A stretch of DNA of 64,000 nucleotides from Acidobacteriota bacterium (GTDB taxonomy: Bacteria; Acidobacteriota; UBA6911; RPQK01; JADFOI01), in NCBI GenBank assembly GCA_963663035.1, contig OY760074.1, positions 3,264,001 to 3,328,000 on the forward strand, written 5' to 3'. The notes under the pieces were generated by a model. That model saw only the letters and a list, made by a program, of their open reading frames with translations, did not search any database and was not told where the DNA came from. Positions 58,258 through 64,000 of this stretch are shown here, piece by piece (position 1 is the stretch's first letter; every line of letters starts with the position of its first letter). The position numbers and the translations under genes are program-made.

Positions 58258-61200
58258 TCAGTCGGGATCTCTTCTGTTGGCCAGGGAACGGTAGTACTCT
58301 TCCACTCGCTGGCGAAACTCGGGCGGCACTTCATCTCTATCCACCAGCCTCAGCAGGTTCTCAACTTCCTCATCCAAGGTTCTGTTGATCTCCAGTTCCA
58401 GCTGGCGAAAGCCGTCGATAACCTGAGATTTCAGGTGGGCCAGTTCTTCCGCGTCAGTGAAGAGGCGCTCGGCATCCAGCTGACGCATTCTCCGGATCAT
58501 ACTTGCGACGTCCCTTCCCAACTCGGGACGCCCCTCCATCAGGCCGCGTAAGTCCTCGGCATCCTGCAGGCGCTCGCGCCACTCCCGTCCCACTTGGCGG
58601 GGATCGACTCCGGTAGCGTTGGGATTCCTTCCCGCTTGACGAGAGACACCGCTGGGAGATTGCCCGCCCTGGGCCGACTCCGAGCCCTGCTGTCCCTGCT
58701 GTTCTCCCGGTTGCTGTCCTTCCTGCTGGCCTTGCTGTTGCTCCTGATCCTGGCTTTCCTGACCGTTACCCGAGGCGCGGTCTTCCAGGGACTCGAGATT
58801 TTCCACCAGGGATCCAACCTGATTCAGAGCGCGCTGCAATCGTTCCCGTGGAGTTTCTTCAGTGCCCGAGCCCAAAGCTCTCTCGGCCTCTCGAATCATG
58901 TTGGCCAATTGCTCCAGATCCCCCATGATTCCCCGCTCACGCTCCTGGGCCATGTCTGTCCAGCCGCGCGCCAGAAGGTTGGTACCGTCTTCCATCTTTT
59001 CCGGGATCCGTTGATCTCGAATGTCGAGTGCCGCTTGCTTGAGTTTGCGCGAGGCTTCAGTTTGGTTGGACTCCATTTTCCGAGCACCTTCATGGAGGTT
59101 TCCTTCCAGCTGCTGAAGATCTTCCTGCAACTCGGTCTTGTCGCGCAGCACACTTCGGAGCTGCTGGATAGAACTCTCGTCGAGCCTTCCCGAGCGGACG
59201 GCCTCGTTGAGATCCTCAACCTGATCCAGCACTTCCCTTTGCCCTTCCACCAGGCGCTCAGACTGCTCCTTGAGTTGCTCTAGATCGTCAGCGAGCTGCT
59301 CGCGGCGCTGTTGTCCCAGACCCTCGCGGGCCTCCTGAAGCCGCTCCAAGGCTTGCTGAGCACGCATCTGGGCCTCCTGGTTGTTCTCACCACTGGACTG
59401 GGCTTGACGCATATCGCGCACAGCCTGCCTCAAACTGCGGCTGATATTCTGTAGCTGGGGATCCTGCTGCTGGCGTGACAGGCGCTCCAGTTCGCGGGCT
59501 ACCCGCTCTGCCTCTTCGATCAATTCCTGTTGAGACATATTGGAGCCGGAGGATCCTTGCATGGCCTGCTGACGGTGTCGTTCCACAAGCTGCTCCTGGC
59601 GCCTGGCCAACTCCTTGAGTTTTTCCAGGGCCTCATCCAGGGCCTGCTCGCGATCGGTCTCGCGATTCTGCTGCAGGGTCTCATACTGGTTCTTGGTCCT
59701 GTCCAATTCGAGATCAACCAGGTCCGCCAGATCCTGGGCTGAAGCCCCTCCTCCGCCCTGGTTCTGGGAGAAAGCAACCTGGATTTCCTTAAAAAGAGCC
59801 TCGGCATGCAGCAGCTGCTGTAACGATTTTTGCTCTTCCGGTAGAGCTTCCTTGGTCTGAAGCTCACTCAGATGGTGGTGTGCCGGTTCCATGTGAGTGA
59901 TGGCCTCTTTCAGGTGCTCGGACATCTTCTGAAAGCGGGGATCCGTCACCGCGGCGCTGCGGCGCTCCATCCGCTCTATTACGGTTTCGACCTCGCCCTG
60001 AAGCCGTTGTTGAACCAGAGCCAAAGTCTGGCTGTCCTCGTCAAGTTCACTCTCCTCATAACGTTCGCGGTCTCGTTCCAGCTTAAAAGTGGCGGCGATG
60101 AGTTCCTTTTGCCGTTTCGCGAAGTCAATGTTCTCCTGCTGGCCGCCCCCGCCTCCCGCTCCTCCCGACTGCTGAGATTGGTAATATTCCCGATCGAAAG
60201 GCTCGACTTCGAAAAAGTAGATGTCGGTGGCCGAGGTGGAAACGGAGTCTCGGGCCTCTGCGTAGTAGGAGACGAAATCTCCGGGCTCCAGATTAAACTC
60301 TTCCAGATAAAAAGTGTGGGAGGTCGAGAAGGACCTCGAGCCCTGGGGGTAGTCCAGCTGAGCTTCCTGCTCGGGGTCTCCATTCAAGGAAAAACGCAGC
60401 GCCAGCCCGTCGATCCCGTAGTCATCCTCAGCCTTGATCTGGGCGAAGATCTCCTCGATATTGGTCACTTTCTGATCGCGACCGGGGCGGATAAAGCTCA
60501 ATATGGGAGGTTGATCCTCGAGGGCTTGGATCAGATACTCATCAGAAGCCGGATTCCAAAAATCCTCCTGGTCCTGAAGGTGGAACCGATAGTAGTCGTC
60601 TTCGCTGATCTCGAATACCCCACGCAGCTCCTGAGGTGCCAGAAGCTCCAGGGAGACTTCTCCTCCCTGTTCCAGGTTGATCTTTCCGGCCTGAACGGGC
60701 TGATCGACTCGGATGAAAAGCTCAGCCTGGGTTCCCACCAGTGCCCGGATGTCACCCTCATCCTCCAATGTCAGGTTCTCCAGACCGGTGTAGCCTGGGA
60801 ATTGAAGTACCACTGTCAGGGATTCAACACGGGGAATCTCTGAAACCTCAAGGGTGTACGTTTCTGATTGGATTCCGTCGGCGGTAACGTAATAGTCGAT
60901 GGGATCCCGAATATCAAAAAAGATAAAAACGAAATCCCCACCCTGGAGATCTGGGCGCATGGTGGTCTCTTCCCATTGGGGCTGATTCTCATAGCGGACC
61001 ATCAGCTGCGCTGTCTCTGAATCGAAGCCCTTCAGGGTGGCTCGAATTTTCTGGTCGGAACGTTTTCCCACCGTGACGTTGCCCGGAGTGACCTCAATGG
61101 AATAGATGGGAGCTTGCGAGTCATCATACCAGAGCAATAATTTGTTCAGGCTGTAAGGATAAACCTCGGGACCCATGAGAAAGAGCAAAGTAAAAATCGC

Positions 61201-61662
61201 CAGAGAAGAGAATAGAGCCACCAGGGAGACAAGGCTCTTTTGCCGGTAATAGAGGCCCGGTTGAGAGATTTTAGCCAGCTGCTTTCGCGCGTCGCCTCGA
61301 ATCAGTCTTTGAAGCTCCGGATGGACCTTGGAAGCGGTGTTCTTAAGTTCTACGGCAGTCGACACTCGTTCTTCCAGTTGTGGATACCGTTCCTCCAGGA
61401 AACGAGCGACCTGTCCCGTTGAGGGTGAGTACCAGAGAGGCCGGAAAATGTAGTAGCCGAACAGCAACAGTGAGCCCAGGATCCCAACCAGACGGCTCCA
61501 CCACAGCGCATCGTCAGAGAAGTTATAGCGGGCCATAAGAAAAGTGGAAAGGAAGGAACCCACCAGGAGAAAGGCGATCAGGATGGCGGCTCCCTTGACG
61601 AGACGCTCCAGTTGGAGTTTTCTCCTGGCCCGGCTAATGGTCTGTGTGATGCTGTTTTTCAT
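58258..61662 (-). CDS. DUF4175-like membrane protein with long coiled-coil/Gln-rich C-terminus
   Basis: N-terminal TMs, VTPGN, AEDDYGI, LEPGDFVSYYAEARD, VPPEFRQRVEEYYRSL. Confidence 0.75.
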   Translation of the reverse strand: MKNSITQTISRARRKLQLERLVKGAAILIAFLLVGSFLSTFLMARYNFSDDALWWSRLVGILGSLLLFGYYIFRPLWYSPSTGQVARFLEERYPQLEERVSTAVELKNTASKVHPELQRLIRGDARKQLAKISQPGLYYRQKSLVSLVALFSSLAIFTLLFLMGPEVYPYSLNKLLLWYDDSQAPIYSIEVTPGNVTVGKRSDQKIRATLKGFDSETAQLMVRYENQPQWEETTMRPDLQGGDFVFIFFDIRDPIDYYVTADGIQSETYTLEVSEIPRVESLTVVLQFPGYTGLENLTLEDEGDIRALVGTQAELFIRVDQPVQAGKINLEQGGEVSLELLAPQELRGVFEISEDDYYRFHLQDQEDFWNPASDEYLIQALEDQPPILSFIRPGRDQKVTNIEEIFAQIKAEDDYGIDGLALRFSLNGDPEQEAQLDYPQGSRSFSTSHTFYLEEFNLEPGDFVSYYAEARDSVSTSATDIYFFEVEPFDREYYQSQQSGGAGGGGGQQENIDFAKRQKELIAATFKLERDRERYEESELDEDSQTLALVQQRLQGEVETVIERMERRSAAVTDPRFQKMSEHLKEAITHMEPAHHHLSELQTKEALPEEQKSLQQLLHAEALFKEIQVAFSQNQGGGGASAQDLADLVDLELDRTKNQYETLQQNRETDREQALDEALEKLKELARRQEQLVERHRQQAMQGSSGSNMSQQELIEEAERVARELERLSRQQQDPQLQNISRSLRQAVRDMRQAQSSGENNQEAQMRAQQALERLQEAREGLGQQRREQLADDLEQLKEQSERLVEGQREVLDQVEDLNEAVRSGRLDESSIQQLRSVLRDKTELQEDLQQLEGNLHEGARKMESNQTEASRKLKQAALDIRDQRIPEKMEDGTNLLARGWTDMAQERERGIMGDLEQLANMIREAERALGSGTEETPRERLQRALNQVGSLVENLESLEDRASGNGQESQDQEQQQGQQEGQQPGEQQGQQGSESAQGGQSPSGVSRQAGRNPNATGVDPRQVGREWRERLQDAEDLRGLMEGRPELGRDVASMIRRMRQLDAERLFTDAEELAHLKSQVIDGFRQLELEINRTLDEEVENLLRLVDRDEVPPEFRQRVEEYYRSLANRRDPD

Positions 61663-61728
61663 GGTCTCTTTGCCTTTTACCTTGAAATGGATTGAACTCT
61701 TCCCATATTACTATTTTCCCTCTGCTTC

Positions 61729-63795
61729 TCACAATGTGGATTCCTGTTGTAAACCACTTGCTGGACGGGTCCGATTGGCCACCAGCCACTCAGCCATGAA
61801 GACGGCCACGCCCACCAGCAGGAAAAGCCACCACAGCGACTGCTGCCTGTCCTTCTCCAGGACCGATTGCTGCGGGCTGACTTCAGTTTCCACGCGTGCT
61901 TCACGGGGAACGAAAACCGCCTGAAATTCCTCCACTGCCACAGCACTCAGGTCAGACTCCTCGGGTGGAGTATTGACGGCAACCCAGTCGGTCCCTTTGT
62001 TGCTCCGAACTTCGTAGTGCCCGGGCATCTTTAATTGAATAAAGCCGGGCTTTTCATCGCTCAGCCCAAGGACCCGTTGACCTCGTGGATCGAGCAGGGT
62101 CCAGGCTCCTGAGGTTCCCTCAGAAGAGTCATCGAGTGAGTCTTCAACGGATAAAACTTGATTGATCCGAAGTGCTGCCGGGGTTGTCTGCCAACGGCCT
62201 GCATATTGAGCCATGCGGTACCAGAACGGGACATAGGCACTGCGTAGTGGAAAATCTGTCCAGATCGGATCCAGTGAAGAAGCAAAGACCAAGACCCGGC
62301 CTTTTCCGACCGATTGTTCAACCAGAGCCGGATCCCCTTCGCTAAAGCGAGCCAAGACCGTGGCTTCCGGTTTGGGCAGCAGTTGCCAATAGCTGTAGAA
62401 CTGGGTGCTGGCAATGGCTGCTTTGTGCACATCCTGGAAAATCCAGAAGATGGGATGCTCCCAGTTGACCTGGGTGATGGAGGTAAAAGGTTTGGTTTGC
62501 TTGCGAACAAAGTTCCGCTCCAGTAACTCCACAGGAAGCAGTTCGGGCCATTGGCGATTGTAAGTCTCTCCCAGAACGCTGTTGCTGAGAACCACGATCA
62601 GACCTCCCCCGCTTTCAACGTAGGACTGCAGGAGGGAGAGTCTGGGCGGTTGACGCAGGTCATTGAGCACCACCAGAGGAGTGTCTGAGGCATTGATCTC
62701 GCTGGGGCCGGGTGAATCGGATATCTCCACGGCAAAGGGCAGGTTCTCGCCAGCGGAAAGAGCACTCTCAAGATAGAATGCCGAGGAGGTGTCTTTATCC
62801 TGAAGAACCAGGATGCGGCGAGGTTCTTGTTTTTCCACCACAAAGTAATAAGCGTTGTCGGCAGCCAGCTCATCGGTTGGTTCGATGACGATTTTTCCCC
62901 GCGAGACGCCCTCCTCCAACTCGAAGGGTTTAAAGGTCACATTTACTGCACCTTCGCTTTCCATCTTAAAGGCGGTTCGATCGATCAGGTTCCCTTCCAG
63001 AAAAAGCTGTGCTTCGCCCTCTACGGGCTGCGCCGGATTACCACTCACGCGAGCCAGGATCACATGGGGGTACTGGTTCGTAAAAACTTCCCTCTCCACG
63101 CGAGCCTCTTCAACGAAGAGATTGGGAATCTCACGGCCCACATTCTCGATCTCAACAGAAACCTCAACCGGGACTCTCCAGCCAGCTGCAGCTTCCATTC
63201 CGGCATGCTGCAAATCTGTGATCAGGTAAATTTCCTTCTTGGTGTTTCGGGCTCCCTCGAGCTGATCCACAGCAACCCGTAAGGCTTCTACGTAGGAGGT
63301 CGCTTCAAAGGAGGGTTGGGTGCGCCCTAAAATTTCTCGCAGCTGCTGGGGAGATTCCTCCCACTGGGAAAGGACCTCAGCTGCCTCACCAAACTGGACA
63401 ATCAAGGCCTCGTCGGCCTGGCTCAGAGATTGGATCTTTTCCTCGGCCGCCTGCAGCGCCGCATCCCAAATGGGCTGGGGAGTCATGCTGAGAGAGTGAT
63501 CGAGGAGAATCACAACAGAGCGGGCCAGCAGAGGATTAACCTGATTCAGCCACATTCCAGTGACCACCGGGCGCCCAAAGGCAAGAACTAAAAGGAGAAT
63601 GCCGAGGCAGCGCAGGAAAAGCAAAAAAAGGTGAGTCAGACGTCGTCGTCGCATTTCCTTGAAGGGAATCTTGCGTATGAACATGAGGGAGGCAAAAGGA
63701 GTGCGTTTGGTTCTTTCCCGGTGAACCAGATGTAAGTAGATGGGGACCCCAATCGCCAGCCCACCGATCAAAAACAGTGGAGTTAAAAACAGCAT
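61729..63795 (-). CDS. BatA N-terminal + vWA domain protein
   Basis: MLFLTPLFLIG..PIYLHL, F.SLMF, DHSLSM (MIDAS), ITDLQ, AVN..PEESDL, C-terminal TM AEW. Confidence 0.85.
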   Translation of the reverse strand: MLFLTPLFLIGGLAIGVPIYLHLVHRERTKRTPFASLMFIRKIPFKEMRRRRLTHLFLLFLRCLGILLLVLAFGRPVVTGMWLNQVNPLLARSVVILLDHSLSMTPQPIWDAALQAAEEKIQSLSQADEALIVQFGEAAEVLSQWEESPQQLREILGRTQPSFEATSYVEALRVAVDQLEGARNTKKEIYLITDLQHAGMEAAAGWRVPVEVSVEIENVGREIPNLFVEEARVEREVFTNQYPHVILARVSGNPAQPVEGEAQLFLEGNLIDRTAFKMESEGAVNVTFKPFELEEGVSRGKIVIEPTDELAADNAYYFVVEKQEPRRILVLQDKDTSSAFYLESALSAGENLPFAVEISDSPGPSEINASDTPLVVLNDLRQPPRLSLLQSYVESGGGLIVVLSNSVLGETYNRQWPELLPVELLERNFVRKQTKPFTSITQVNWEHPIFWIFQDVHKAAIASTQFYSYWQLLPKPEATVLARFSEGDPALVEQSVGKGRVLVFASSLDPIWTDFPLRSAYVPFWYRMAQYAGRWQTTPAALRINQVLSVEDSLDDSSEGTSGAWTLLDPRGQRVLGLSDEKPGFIQLKMPGHYEVRSNKGTDWVAVNTPPEESDLSAVAVEEFQAVFVPREARVETEVSPQQSVLEKDRQQSLWWLFLLVGVAVFMAEWLVANRTRPASGLQQESTL

Positions 63796-63800
63796 AACGC

Positions 63801-64000
63801 TCAGTACCGTTTTTCCCGGACTGACAGATATCGATGTAGTGCCTGGTCCAGGGGTTTCTCCGTGTTCAGAAGCTCGTAATCAATTTGAATGTTGCGACAT
63901 TCCTTTCGCAGCCCCTCGATATGTTCTTTGAGCAGATCGAAGTAAGCGGTGCGAGAATGTTCCGGCACATAGGACAGATGGTCCTGAGTTTCCATGTCCT
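63801..64000 (-). CDS. C-terminus of DUF58-family protein (partial)
   Basis: DMET...LRKECRNIQIDYELLNTEKPLDQALHRYL. Sits upstream of the BatA-domain gene, the usual MoxR-DUF58-BatA order. Confidence 0.7.
   Translation of the reverse strand, partial: DMETQDHLSYVPEHSRTAYFDLLKEHIEGLRKECRNIQIDYELLNTEKPLDQALHRYLSVREKRY

Overview
This is bacterial chromosomal DNA. The gene content (DUF1800/DUF1501 pair, Hanks kinase-TPR, DUF4175/BatA/DUF58, many secreted proteins) suggests Acidobacteriota, but that is inference. Positions 1-36 kb hold mostly metabolic and envelope genes: alaC, korAB, rpiB-pgl-GH15, surE, an M16 protease and an RND pump. They are interspersed with a ~150-250 bp palindromic MITE-like repeat family; one copy is inserted in frame in a gene, and a related element has another nested inside it. 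This part also has a deiodinase-like selenoprotein split by the ORF caller (UGA plus SECIS-like hairpin), a HAD fused to an archaeal-type CTP riboflavin kinase, and a frameshifted primase-helicase. The most notable structure lies at 43.2-58.2 kb. An intact tRNA-Leu(CAA) is followed by four tandem 2.5-4.8 kb modules, each closed by a copy of the tRNA 3' part starting at the anticodon stem. The modules share non-coding ends with integrase arm-like repeats and IHF-like boxes, carry unrelated cargo, and encode no integrase that I can see. They look like a polarised array of minimal, trans-mobilised, tRNA-anchored cassettes. One module also contains an integron attC site. All calls come from reading the sequence; no searches were run.
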